From the NCBI GenBank assembly GCA_965279375.1, contig OZ257156.1, forward strand, positions 768,001 to 832,000: DNA of 64,000 nucleotides, in the 5' to 3' direction. Numbering within the stretch: position 1 is the first letter of the stretch; each line of letters opens with the position of its first letter. A model generated the notes under the pieces. It did no database searches. It was not told where the DNA came from and worked only from the letters and a program-made list of their open reading frames with translations. This DNA comes from Gemmatimonas sp. (GTDB taxonomy: Bacteria > Gemmatimonadota > Gemmatimonadetes > Gemmatimonadales > Gemmatimonadaceae). Made by a program: the position numbers and the translations under genes. Below are positions 1 to 10,000 of the stretch, piece after piece.

Positions 1-179
1 GAGTACAACGCTGGATTGTACGCCGGCACCGTTGTCGCTGGCGCACCGGCACTCGGACGCGCAGCCCGCTGCGCATGCAGCACAGCGTTAGGAGCGAACA
101 CTCCCAGCAACAGCGCCGCCAACGGCGCACCGGAACGCATGACAGACACAGGCACGACAGATCGCTTTGTGGATCGCAT
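1..179 (-). CDS. 5' fragment of a secreted protein running off the window (possibly a BNR/VPS10-like hydrolase)
   Basis: ATG at 179, just after the acylase stop at 184. Open to base 1: MRSTKRSVVPVSVMRSGAPLAALLLGVFAPNAVLHAQ..., a signal-peptide-like N-terminus. Product is a guess. Confidence 0.6.
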   Translation of the reverse strand, partial: MRSTKRSVVPVSVMRSGAPLAALLLGVFAPNAVLHAQRAARPSAGAPATTVPAYNPALY

Positions 180-183
180 CACT

Positions 184-2355
184 TCACTTCCCCGGATGAT
201 AGGAACGCTCGACATGCTGCTCCACGTCGGCACGGTAGAACCACACGTCCTTGAACTGACTCTTGGCATAGATCTCCGCCTGATCGGTGAAGTGCTTCGA
301 CGACGGATCGCCGCTCACGCCACCGGCCAGCAGGCTCTTGGCCTTGATGCGCGGACCGAACTCCACCACGGCGATGAAGCTGTTGCCGCTTTCGCCGTAC
401 ATGCGCTTCGTATTGCGGTACACGGCGCCAAATGACGCGAGCGAGCCCCACGTCGCCGACGGGAACGGCACCGCGATGCTCGGCTTGTTGTCGTCGTACT
501 TGAGCGTGATGTCGCTCGACAAGCGCTGGAAGCGGTTGATCTCGCCCCACGGCGTCTTCCACGAGCCAAAGTCCGCCGTCAGCTTCTGCGAGGCACGCGC
601 CAGTGCGGACAACCGCTCGGCGGGCGTGGACTGCGTCGCGATGTACTCATCCACTGGCAGCCCCTTCGCACGCGCGAGCCCGCCAGAGCGGCCGAAAATG
701 TCCATCGCCCAGTAGATCGCGAGCGACGTTGGCACCGACGTCAGCGAATAACGCTGATCCCAGGCGCGCAACACGGCAATCTGCTCCGCCAACTGCTTCT
801 TGAGGGTGTCGGTGTCTGCGGCACCGTCGTACGCGCGCAGCAGCGCCGGCAGCGTGGCATCGAAGCCGGTGAGATACGTGTCGTTCGCCGCGGCGATCAG
901 CCCGTCGAGCGTGAAATCCTTCTTGTTCTGCAGTACACGGACCGCGTGCGGACCGCGCGCATTCTCGCCCTGCGCCGACATGTACTTGGGATAGTCCTGC
1001 TTGCGCGGGCTGCTGGTGCCCGCCGCTTCCCACGGCCAGTTGTTGGTGTTGAACAGCCAGCCGCTATTCGGATTGAAGAGCGTGATCGTTTCCTTCACGT
1101 TGTGCAACCCCTGCCACTCAGTGCGCGGATCGCTGCCATCCACCGGCTTGCTGAAGTCGATGGTGGTGTCGCGCTTGGGAAGGAAGTTGCCGTGGAAGTA
1201 CGCGATGTTGCCGTCGCCGTCCGCGTAGATCGTGTTGTTCGACGAGTTCGTACGCAGCTCCATCGCCTTATAGAACTCGGCGTAGTTGCGCGCCTTCGTG
1301 CGCATGTATGACTGCGTCAACGCCTTGAGCGGCTCGTTCATCATCTTGACGGCAATCCACTGGCCGTCCGTTGCACGGATGATCGGACCATGATGGCTGA
1401 AGTAGGCAGTCACCACGCGCGTCGCCATCGTCGCACCGTTCTTGTACGGCAGAGTGATCTGCTTGGCGACAAACGGGCGCTCGCCGTTGCCGTACTTGTA
1501 GAAATACTTGCCGCCGCGCTCGATCACCGTCTCCTTGTACTCGTCGATGATGTCGCCGCCGCCAGTTGTGTGCATCCACCCCAGTCGATCGTTGAAGCCC
1601 TGGTAGACGAAGAACTGTCCCCAGGTGACTGCGCCGTACACGTTGAGTCCTTCCTCGCTCACCACGTTTACTTCCGGACGGAAGTAGAACGAGGTGTGCG
1701 GGTTGAGCAGCAGCAGCGAGTGGCCGCCCACGGTATTCTTTGGGCCGATCGCGATGCCGTTCGAGCCCTGCGGCTCTGGCTCGAGACCGTTGTCGTCACG
1801 CGGGGCAGGCGGCAGCACCTTCTTGCCGTAGAACTCCTCAATGCCGCGCAGCTGCACGGTGGAGATGTCGCCGCCGATGCTCCCTTCGCTGAACGTGAGC
1901 GCCATCCACGGCTCGAAGCGCGTGAGCAGCTTGGGCTTCACGTTCGGATGCGTGGCCAGATAGTAGTTGAGCCCGTCCGCCCAGGCGTTCATCAGTTGCT
2001 TGAGCCACAACGGGCTCGCCGCATACTGCTTCTTCATGTCCGCCGGATCGATGAAGAGCTTCATGCGCAAGTCGCGCCACAGCTCCGATTCGCCCTCCAC
2101 TTCCGCGAGACGCCCGCTCGCGTTGATGAAGTTCATCTCGATGCGATTGAAGTCATCTTCGGCCTGCGCGTACAACATGCCGAAGATCGCATCGGCGTCC
2201 GTCTTTCCGTACACGTGCGGTACGCCCCACGTGTCCCGAATGATGGTGACGCGCTCGGCCTGCGCTTTCCAGCGCGAGAGATCGTCTGCATATCCCGCGC
2301 GCGGGGTCAGCAAAGTGCAGAGCGACAGGGCAACGGCAACGACGTGGCGTTTCAT
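184..2355 (-). CDS. Penicillin acylase family Ntn-hydrolase (AHL/glutaryl-7-ACA acylase-like), secreted
   Basis: IIRDTWGVPHVYG, YAQAED and GSNGIAIGP (beta-chain Ser1) motifs, plus NPH. Signal peptide MKRHVVAVALSLC...AYA; start set at ATG 2355. Confidence 0.9.
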   Translation of the reverse strand: MKRHVVAVALSLCTLLTPRAGYADDLSRWKAQAERVTIIRDTWGVPHVYGKTDADAIFGMLYAQAEDDFNRIEMNFINASGRLAEVEGESELWRDLRMKLFIDPADMKKQYAASPLWLKQLMNAWADGLNYYLATHPNVKPKLLTRFEPWMALTFSEGSIGGDISTVQLRGIEEFYGKKVLPPAPRDDNGLEPEPQGSNGIAIGPKNTVGGHSLLLLNPHTSFYFRPEVNVVSEEGLNVYGAVTWGQFFVYQGFNDRLGWMHTTGGGDIIDEYKETVIERGGKYFYKYGNGERPFVAKQITLPYKNGATMATRVVTAYFSHHGPIIRATDGQWIAVKMMNEPLKALTQSYMRTKARNYAEFYKAMELRTNSSNNTIYADGDGNIAYFHGNFLPKRDTTIDFSKPVDGSDPRTEWQGLHNVKETITLFNPNSGWLFNTNNWPWEAAGTSSPRKQDYPKYMSAQGENARGPHAVRVLQNKKDFTLDGLIAAANDTYLTGFDATLPALLRAYDGAADTDTLKKQLAEQIAVLRAWDQRYSLTSVPTSLAIYWAMDIFGRSGGLARAKGLPVDEYIATQSTPAERLSALARASQKLTADFGSWKTPWGEINRFQRLSSDITLKYDDNKPSIAVPFPSATWGSLASFGAVYRNTKRMYGESGNSFIAVVEFGPRIKAKSLLAGGVSGDPSSKHFTDQAEIYAKSQFKDVWFYRADVEQHVERSYHPGK

Positions 2356-2504
2356 GCGGGCACGCGGAAGAGAGTGGAGGGGGCTGCTGGGTTGAAGATG
2401 CGACCCCAGCGCTCCCGCGCAATGCACTTTGTGCTAGCGTTCAGTGGCGTACGCGCTCAGTCGCGGCAGGCTCACCTTCTCGGATGCACATTCGGATGCA
2501 CAAC

Positions 2505-3440
2505 ATGCGGATTCTTGTGGTCGGCGCGGGCGGTGTGGGTGGCTATTTCGGCGGTCGCCTGCTGCAGGTGGGCCGAGACGTCACCTTCCTCGTGCGTCCG
2601 GCGCGCGCTGCGATGCTGGCCAAGTCCGGGCTGGTCATCCAAAGCCCGCACGGCGATCTCACCATCCCTGCGCTCCCCACGGTCACCGCCGACGCCATCC
2701 AGTCGCACTACGACGTCATCCTGCTGAGCTGCAAGGCCTACGACCTCGAGAGCGCGATGGACGCCATCGCACCGGCCATGGGGCCCGAGACGGTCATTCT
2801 GCCCATGCTCAACGGCATGCGACACCTCGACCGCCTCGACGAGCGCTTCGGCGCCGAGCGCGTGTTGGGCGGCGAGGCCAAGATCTCCGCCGTGCTCGAC
2901 GACGAAGGACGCGTGATTCATCTCAACCGCATTCACCGCATCGCCTTCGGTGAGCGGAGCGGCGAGCGCACCGAGCGCGTCGTCGCCATCGAGGCTGCCT
3001 GCGCCAATGCCGGCTTCGACGCGGTGCTCACCACCACGATCCTGCAGGAGATGTGGGAGAAGTGGGCCTTCATCGCGACCGGTGCCGGCGCGACCTGTCT
3101 CCTCCGGTCGACCATCGGCGACATCGTCTCCGCCGGTGCGGAAGACATCGTCTTGGCGCTCGACCACGAGTGCGCCACGATTGCCGCCGAAAACGGCTAC
3201 CCGCCGAGCGAGCAGGCGCGGAACTGGACCCGCACCGCCTTCACGACCCCGGGGTCCAGTCTGACGGCTTCCATGTTCCGCGACATCGAGGCGCGCGGCC
3301 GCATCGAGGGCGAACAGATCATCAGCGATCTCCTCGCCCGCGGAAAGAGCGACGCCAGCGCCTACCCGATGCTGCGCGTCACGCAGGCACATCTGCGCAC
3401 CTACGAGGCGCGTCGAACGCGGGAATCGACCGCCAGCTAA
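2505..3440 (+). CDS. panE: 2-dehydropantoate 2-reductase (ketopantoate reductase)
   Basis: MRILVVGAGGVGGYFGGRL Rossmann motif, CKAYD, LNG, WEKW and SMFRD..GRIE motifs. Confidence 0.9.
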   Translation: MRILVVGAGGVGGYFGGRLLQVGRDVTFLVRPARAAMLAKSGLVIQSPHGDLTIPALPTVTADAIQSHYDVILLSCKAYDLESAMDAIAPAMGPETVILPMLNGMRHLDRLDERFGAERVLGGEAKISAVLDDEGRVIHLNRIHRIAFGERSGERTERVVAIEAACANAGFDAVLTTTILQEMWEKWAFIATGAGATCLLRSTIGDIVSAGAEDIVLALDHECATIAAENGYPPSEQARNWTRTAFTTPGSSLTASMFRDIEARGRIEGEQIISDLLARGKSDASAYPMLRVTQAHLRTYEARRTRESTAS

Positions 3441-3535
3441 CCAGCGGGCGTCACCGAAAGCCCGCCAATCGTCACTCTGGCGGCACGGAACGCCGGATGT
3501 CCCTATGGCGTTCTCACAAATGCGCTGGGACGAGA

Positions 3536-3562
3536 CAAGTATTCCTCGGGACGCGCCGATAC
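3536..3562 (+). promoter_or_regulatory. Putative sigma28 (FliA)-type promoter of the HDOD gene
   Basis: CAAG(3536-39)-N15-GCCGATAC(3555-62), 9 nt before ATG 3572. Confidence 0.45.
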
Positions 3563-3571
3563 TCAGCAGTC

Positions 3572-5482
3572 ATGCCGAGTACCGACAGCGCTCCGGCGCT
3601 TGAGCACGACCGACGCGACGACGCGACCGGCGAGGCGATTTCGCCCGTGCAGGTCCGGCTCGCGCGCATCCTCGAGGGGCGTGACTTTCCTGCCCTTTCG
3701 CAGCAGATCATCGAGACGATCTCCGCGCTCGATGACGATGCCAGTTCGCTGCAGCGGCTCACCAATGTCGTACTGCGTGAATACAGCCTCACGCTGAGCG
3801 TCGTTCGCACGGCCAACAGCGCTCACTATCGGCGCGCCGACCGCCAGATCCAGAGCGCCACGCGCGCCATGCTGCTCCTCGGCGCACGCACCGTTCGTCA
3901 GCTGGCCAGCAGCCTGCTGCTCTTCGAGAACTACGCGCGACGGTCGGCGGGACTGAAGGAGCTGATGCTGCTCTCGCTGCTCACCGCGAATCATGCGCGC
4001 GAGATTGCCACCAAGCTGGGTCGTGGCGATCCGGAAGAGGCGCATCTCTGTGGCATGTTCCGCAACCTGGGCGAAGTGCTGATCGCGTGTCATTTCTCCG
4101 ATGACTACGCGAAGATTCACGGCCTGGTGCGCAACAAGCAGCAATCCGAAGGGAACGCCTGCTTCGAGGTGCTTGGCTTCCGCTACGAAGAGCTGGGCGA
4201 GGCGATGTGCACGTACTGGGGGATGCCCGACAGCGTGAAGCAGGGGATGCGCGCGCGAGTGGGCTCGTTCCCCACCGAGTCGAGCGCCATCACATCCTTC
4301 GCGCACGACATCACCAACGCCATTTATCGTCGCGACCGCATCCGCACCGATGCCACCGGACGCGAGGCCGCCATTCGCGACACGCATCGTGATCTCAACG
4401 AGGTCATCGATCGGTATTCGTCGCGGCTCAAGTTGTCGCGCACACAGGTCCGCGAGGTTGTCGAGGCGGCGCTCGACGAAACGCGTGAGCTGTTCGTGAA
4501 CGCCAAGGTTTCCGTGGACGGTTTGCGCATGCGTGAGCTCTCCGAGGCCGCGTGCACCGCGCTGGGCGTGCCGGAGCTTGGCAACCCTGAGTGGGATCAC
4601 GTGTTGCTCGACGACAGCGAACAGGCGGCAATCGCGCTGCGCGAGCGGATGCGCCTCGAGCTCGAGAGCAAGGTCGATCCTGCCTCGGAGTGCGACTTGG
4701 GGCAGATTCTGCTGCTCGCGCTCGAGGGGACATTGCGTGGTGGCCCGTTCGATCGCGTGGTGGCCTGCGTACTCAGCCCGGATCGCGCGAGACTGCGCGC
4801 GCGATCAGGTCTGGGCAATGGTGTGGAGTCGCTGCTGCAGCAGTTCGACGTCCCGATGACGCCAAACGGCGGCCCGCTGGCCGCGCTGCTGTTGCAACGC
4901 AAGGCCACGTACCTGCCGAGTGATCGCGCGCTCAACACGATTGAGCTGCAGTTCGCGTCGTCGCGCGGCATCGGTCAGTTCGGCGTCTTCCCGATCATCG
5001 TGGCCGGGCAGATCGTCGGCTGCATCTACGCCGATCGTGCCGTGCGCGAACCCCTGCCCGATCGCGAGACGCTGCAGTTCGTCGCATCGCTCAACGAGCT
5101 CATCGTGCGGGCGATCGAGGCGCGTCGGCAGGCGTCGTCTGACGCCACGCGTCGTGATACGGCACCGTCAACGGCCGCCGTGCGTACGCCGCCTTCGGTG
5201 CCTGCGGCCGGTGCCGCGCCGACTGCCGCGGCCAGCGCTCCCTCGACTGCGTCGACGAGTGCAGCGACAGGTGTAGCGGCATCCGGTACGACGGCATCCG
5301 GTACGACGGCGTCCGGCGCCAACGGACTCACGCCCGAGATGAAGGGATCGCTCGTGCTACGCCTGCTCGCGGGCGAGTCCACCGCGACCGTGGCCGCGTC
5401 GAGCGGCGTATCGGCGGTCATGCTCGAGCAGTGGCGTGCCGATTTCCTCGCGGGCGCCATCGCGAGACTCGGCGAACGATGA
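3572..5482 (+). CDS. HDOD domain signalling protein with GAF-like domain and C-terminal HTH-like segment
   Basis: DFPALSQ...VVRTANSAHY...AMLLLG...GMFRNLGEVL...WGMP HDOD motifs; FPIIVAGQIVGCIYAD GAF-like end; Ala/Thr/Ser linker; start ATG 3572. Confidence 0.8.
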   Translation: MPSTDSAPALEHDRRDDATGEAISPVQVRLARILEGRDFPALSQQIIETISALDDDASSLQRLTNVVLREYSLTLSVVRTANSAHYRRADRQIQSATRAMLLLGARTVRQLASSLLLFENYARRSAGLKELMLLSLLTANHAREIATKLGRGDPEEAHLCGMFRNLGEVLIACHFSDDYAKIHGLVRNKQQSEGNACFEVLGFRYEELGEAMCTYWGMPDSVKQGMRARVGSFPTESSAITSFAHDITNAIYRRDRIRTDATGREAAIRDTHRDLNEVIDRYSSRLKLSRTQVREVVEAALDETRELFVNAKVSVDGLRMRELSEAACTALGVPELGNPEWDHVLLDDSEQAAIALRERMRLELESKVDPASECDLGQILLLALEGTLRGGPFDRVVACVLSPDRARLRARSGLGNGVESLLQQFDVPMTPNGGPLAALLLQRKATYLPSDRALNTIELQFASSRGIGQFGVFPIIVAGQIVGCIYADRAVREPLPDRETLQFVASLNELIVRAIEARRQASSDATRRDTAPSTAAVRTPPSVPAAGAAPTAAASAPSTASTSAATGVAASGTTASGTTASGANGLTPEMKGSLVLRLLAGESTATVAASSGVSAVMLEQWRADFLAGAIARLGER

Positions 5483-5528
5483 GCGGCGACATCACGGCCT
5501 TTTCGTCTCCGGCGCCCCGGGCTCTCCG

Positions 5529-6713
5529 TTAGCTGTCCTGGAATTGTCGCGCGCGGGCATACGCGCCACTTATGTCCTCCGCGAGCGTTGGATAGCTATC
5601 GACGCGCGCGCCCTCGGCGATCAACAACTCGATGGCCGGCAGGAGTTGGCGCCGCCGGAACTCATCATCCGTGACGTGGTGCGCAAACCAGACCGTACTG
5701 CTCAGCACCGTGCCGCCGTAGCTGTTGAGCGCTTCCAACGGCGCGCCGCGGTCGAGCAGCAGGCGCATGAGCGCGAGGTGCCCGCCGGCGCTCGCATTGT
5801 GCAACGCCGTCATGCCGTCAGACGCGGCCACGCTTACGCCAGCATTCAACAGGAACGAGACCACGTCGGTGTGTCCCTGCTGTGCCGCGACGATCAGCGC
5901 GCGTTCGCGCTTGGCCTCGCTCGCCTTCTGGAGCAACAGCTGTACCTTGGCCAGGTCGCCGATGCCCGCGGCCGCATAGAGCGTGCTCACACGCGCGCCG
6001 CGCTGCGCGAGCGCCACCGCCGCCTCGGGACATCCGTTGCTCAGGGCCGCGCTCACCAGATTCGGCAGGTCGTCCTCGCCGTCGATCTTCGCGCCGCGCG
6101 CCAACAGGAGATCAATCAGAGGGATCTGCACCCCTCGCGCGCGCGGGTGCGCACTGGTGGATACCAACCCTAACGTCGTGCTGCCGCCACCGTACGCGTC
6201 GCTCGTGGCATCCACCTCGGCGCCGCGATCGAGCAGCAGCGTCGCGATCTCCACGATGTTCGCCGGCGTGACCTGTCGGTAGTCCTCGATACCGTTCGCC
6301 GACACGTAGTGCAGCAGGGTGGAGTGGTGCGCTCGCGCCGAGCGCTCGCGAATGAGCGGTGGATGCGCGTCGAGCATCGACTGCAACTGCGAAAGCTCGC
6401 CCGCGACGATCGCATCGGCCGCCCGCTCGAAGCGTTGCACCGCAGGGTCGGCCTGCTCGAGTGCGCGCACGTGATCGAGCAATTGGGCCCAGCTCTCGAA
6501 GCAGTGCAGTCGCGCGATGACGAGTTGCGCGTCGGCAAGCAGGAACGTGCCGTGCGCGATCTGTTCGTCGGATTGCTGCCGAAATCGCGGATGATTCCAG
6601 CGAATGCGATCGAGCGCACGTCGATCGCCGGCGCGATGCGCCTTGACCAGCTCCTTCGCCAGCTTGCGCGACTGCTCGAGACTGACGCGCGGAAAGCTGC
6701 TCGCGTGAGACAT
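5529..6713 (-). CDS. Ankyrin repeat protein with N-terminal helical domain
   Basis: TLLHYV, LLLDRGAEVDA, GMTALHNASAGGHLALMRLLLDRGA repeats. RBS GAAAGGAGG precedes ATG 6713. Confidence 0.88.
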   Translation of the reverse strand: MSHASSFPRVSLEQSRKLAKELVKAHRAGDRRALDRIRWNHPRFRQQSDEQIAHGTFLLADAQLVIARLHCFESWAQLLDHVRALEQADPAVQRFERAADAIVAGELSQLQSMLDAHPPLIRERSARAHHSTLLHYVSANGIEDYRQVTPANIVEIATLLLDRGAEVDATSDAYGGGSTTLGLVSTSAHPRARGVQIPLIDLLLARGAKIDGEDDLPNLVSAALSNGCPEAAVALAQRGARVSTLYAAAGIGDLAKVQLLLQKASEAKRERALIVAAQQGHTDVVSFLLNAGVSVAASDGMTALHNASAGGHLALMRLLLDRGAPLEALNSYGGTVLSSTVWFAHHVTDDEFRRRQLLPAIELLIAEGARVDSYPTLAEDISGAYARARQFQDS

Positions 6714-6728
6714 CACTCCCTCCTTTCA

Positions 6729-6826
6729 GGGCGCCTGTGGTCCGCATTGCGCAGGCAGAAAGAAGGTTCGTGACGCGATCCTTCCAGGTGGGTGGGCTCG
6801 GCCCTTTCCGCGGACTGGTGGCGCCC
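6729..6826 (-). ncRNA. Candidate structured cis-regulatory leader RNA of the ankyrin gene
   Basis: Closing stems 6729-35/6820-26 and 6740-45/6810-15, internal hairpins 6762-84 and 6794-6804. Extended -10-like TGcTAGCAT lies upstream (6842-50, minus) and the RBS immediately downstream. Confidence 0.5.
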
Positions 6827-7014
6827 CTCGCGCTCGTCGTAATGCTAGCACGGCACTCACGAACATCGCCAGCGGGACATGCGGCCGACCTTCGCCCGTG
6901 TCCCATCTCCCGCTGCTCGTGCCGTCGCGCATGGCATCGTATACTCCCGCAGCCCCGCCTCTATCGCCGTACCTGACGCCGACGGTTCATCGGCGCCACC
7001 TCCGCCGAGGTTCC

Positions 7015-10000
7015 ATGCCACGTTCGGTCCTCACCGTTGCCGCTGTTGCGGTCGGCGCTGCGCTGACGCTCGCCACTGCACCGTGCGCTGTCGCACAGTG
7101 GATCACGGCGCAGTCCGCCTCATCGACGCGCCCCACTGCCGACGCGCGGCTCTCGTTCGCGGAGCCGGGCCTCGCGCCCGATGGCCGAGAGATCGCATTT
7201 GTGTCGGCCGGTGACATCTGGACCGTGCCCGTCACCGGCGGCGAGGCACGCCTGCTCGTGGCGCATCCGGCCAACGAGTCTCGGCCGCTCTACTCCCCGG
7301 ACGGAACGCGACTCGCCTTCGTCTCGAATCGCGCCGGCAGCAACGATGTGTGGTTGCTCACGCTCGCCACGGGAGCGCTGCGGCGGCTCACGTTCGACGA
7401 CGGCAACGAATCGCTGGACAGCTGGTCGCGTGACGGTGCCTACCTCTACATCTCAAGTACGGCGCACGACATCTCGAGCATGAACGATGTCTATCGCGTG
7501 CGTGCCGACGGCGGCACCCCGATGCCCGTCGCGGCCGATCGCTATGCGAGCGAGTTCATGGCCGCGCCGAACGCCGATGGTTCGGTCACTGCCATCGTGG
7601 CGCGTGGCTTCGGGCTCTCGCAGTGGTGGCGCAAGGGGCGCAGTCACCTCGACGAAAGCGAACTGTGGCTGGTGCGCGGCGACGGCACCAAGTCGCCGGC
7701 GTACGAACAGCTCATGCCGCGTGGCGCCCGTCAGCTGTGGCCCATGTGGAGTGCCGACGGACGCGCGCTCTACTTCGTCTCGGACCGCAATGGCACGCAG
7801 AACCTCTGGCGCAAGCCGCTCACCGGTGACGCCGCACCACTCACCCGCTTCACGACGGGACGCGTGCTCTGGCCATCGATCGCTGGCGACGGCAAGACGA
7901 TCGCGTTCGAGCGTGACTTCGGCATCTGGACCGTCGATGTCGCCAGTGGAAGCGCCCGCGAGGTCCCGATCACGCGTCGTGGCGCAGTGACCGGCGATGC
8001 GGTCCAGCACGTCAGCCTAACCGGCGGCTTCAGCGAACTTTCACTCTCACCCGACGGCCGCAAGACCGCGTTCGTGGCACGCGGCGAGGTGTTCGTCGCC
8101 AGCGGCGCCGAAGGCGGCGACGCGTTGCGAGTCACGACGAGCAGCGGCATCGAAACGCATGTGGCCTGGACGCCGGATTCACGTGGCCTCGTGTACGCGG
8201 GCAATCGCGACGGACAGTGGCGCCTCTTCCACTACGATCTCGCGCAGACACGCGAGACGCCGCTCACGAACAGCGGCGCCAGCGATCTCGCTCCGCGCGT
8301 CTCCCCAGACGGCAAGCAGGTGGCGTATCTCCATGGCGACGAGCTGCGCGTGCTCGCCCTCGACACGAAAGCCGTCCGTTCGCTGGCCAAGGGCGTGTTC
8401 GGTCGGGCGCCCATGGTGTCGCATGGCGGCATCACGTGGTCGCCTGACGGCCGATGGATCGCGTACCTGACGGCCGGCACCAAGATGTTCGTCAACGCAT
8501 GGGTGGTGCCTTCGGCGGGCGGCCCAGCGAAGCAGGTGAGTTGGCTGGCGAATACGCGCGCCAACGGCATCTCATGGAGTGCCGACGGCGCCTATCTGCT
8601 CATGGACACCGGCATGCGCATGGAAGCCGGGCAAGTCGCCCGCATCGATCTGTTGCCGTACACACCACGCTTCCGCGAAGAGCAGCTCGAAGCGCTCTTC
8701 CGCGACGAGACGCCGGGCCGCATCACCGCGCCACCGACACCGCGTCCGGCCGCCGACAGCGCGGCGCGCACCGACGGATTCAAGGCCGATCCCCGGAACG
8801 TGCGCATCGTGTTCGACGGTATCCGCAATCGTCTCAGCTTCCTGCCGTTGGGCGTGGACGTCGGCGTGCAGACACTCTCGCGCGACGGCAAGCAGCTCGC
8901 CGTAACGGCGGTGGTCGCCAATCAGCCGACGATCTACCTGTACGCGCTGGACGATCTCGCCGCCGAACCCGCCGTCGCACGTCCGGTGGTCAGCTCGAGC
9001 AGCGGAAAAGGCGCCGTGCAGTTCGCGCCCGACGGCAAGTCGCTGTGGTATCTCGACGGCGGACGCATCACTTCATTGGCACTCGATACGCGCACGACCA
9101 AACCGCTCGCCGTGCGGGCCGACCTCGACGTGGACTTCCATCGTGAAAAATGGGACGTCTTCCACCAGGCGTGGGAGTATCTCAACGACAACTTCTACGA
9201 CCCGAAGTTCCACGGCGTGAATTGGGAACAGATGCATGGTGCGTATGCGCCGTACATCGCCGGAGCCGGCACCCCGGACGAGATGCGGCGCATCCTCTCG
9301 CTCATGATCGGTGAGCTCGACGCCTCGCACATGGGCATCAATGCGCCCGCTGGCGCCCCAGCAGCACCCACCGGTCGTCTGGGCCTCGAGTTCGATCGAG
9401 CGGCGTACGAGCAGCGGGGCGAGTTTCGCATCAGCGCGGTAATCCCGGGCGGTGCCGCTGATGCCACGGGCGGCGTGCGCGTCGGCGATCGATTGCTCGC
9501 GATCGATGGCGCGTCGCTCGCCCGTAGCACCAATCTCGACTCGTTGCTCGCGTACAAGGCGGGCAAGCGCGTCGTGCTCTCCCTCGCCGGCGCTGACAAC
9601 GCGGCATCCACGCCGCGCACGATCGCCGTGAGCGCACGAACGGCTGGGCTCGAGAAGGTGGCGCTGTACCGCGCCTGGATCGATGAGCGACGCACCATCG
9701 TCGCCAAGGCGAGCAACGGGACGCTTGGCTACGCACACATGTTCGACATGGGCAACAACGCGCTCGCCAACCTCACCACCGATCTCGACGACGAGAATCA
9801 GACGCGCAGCGGACTCGTGATCGACGTGCGCAACAACAACGGCGGCTTCATGAATGGCCACGCGCTGGATGTGTTGCAGCGCCGGTCGTACGTGATCATG
9901 CAACGTCGCGACGCGCAGCCCGTGCCGGGACGCCCGGTGCTCGGCCAGCGCGCCATCGACATGCCCACCATTGCCATCACCAGTCAGCACACGCTCTCCG

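Noticed and set aside
2480..2502. Direct repeat TCGGATGCACA x2 before panE
   Set aside because: Only two short copies next to the start codon; insufficient evidence for function.
3053..3571. N-terminal extension of the HDOD ORF
   Set aside because: Overlaps panE and the putative promoter; Arg-rich out-of-frame character.
5327..5470. IS element suggested by the transposase-like HTH
   Set aside because: In-frame part of the HDOD protein; no DDE domain, terminal inverted repeats or target duplication seen.
6729..6826. Assignment of the ankyrin leader to a known riboswitch, tRNA or Y RNA class
   Set aside because: No conserved core of TPP, cobalamin, SAM, c-di-GMP or tRNA was recognisable and there is no Ro60 gene nearby; kept as an unclassified candidate.
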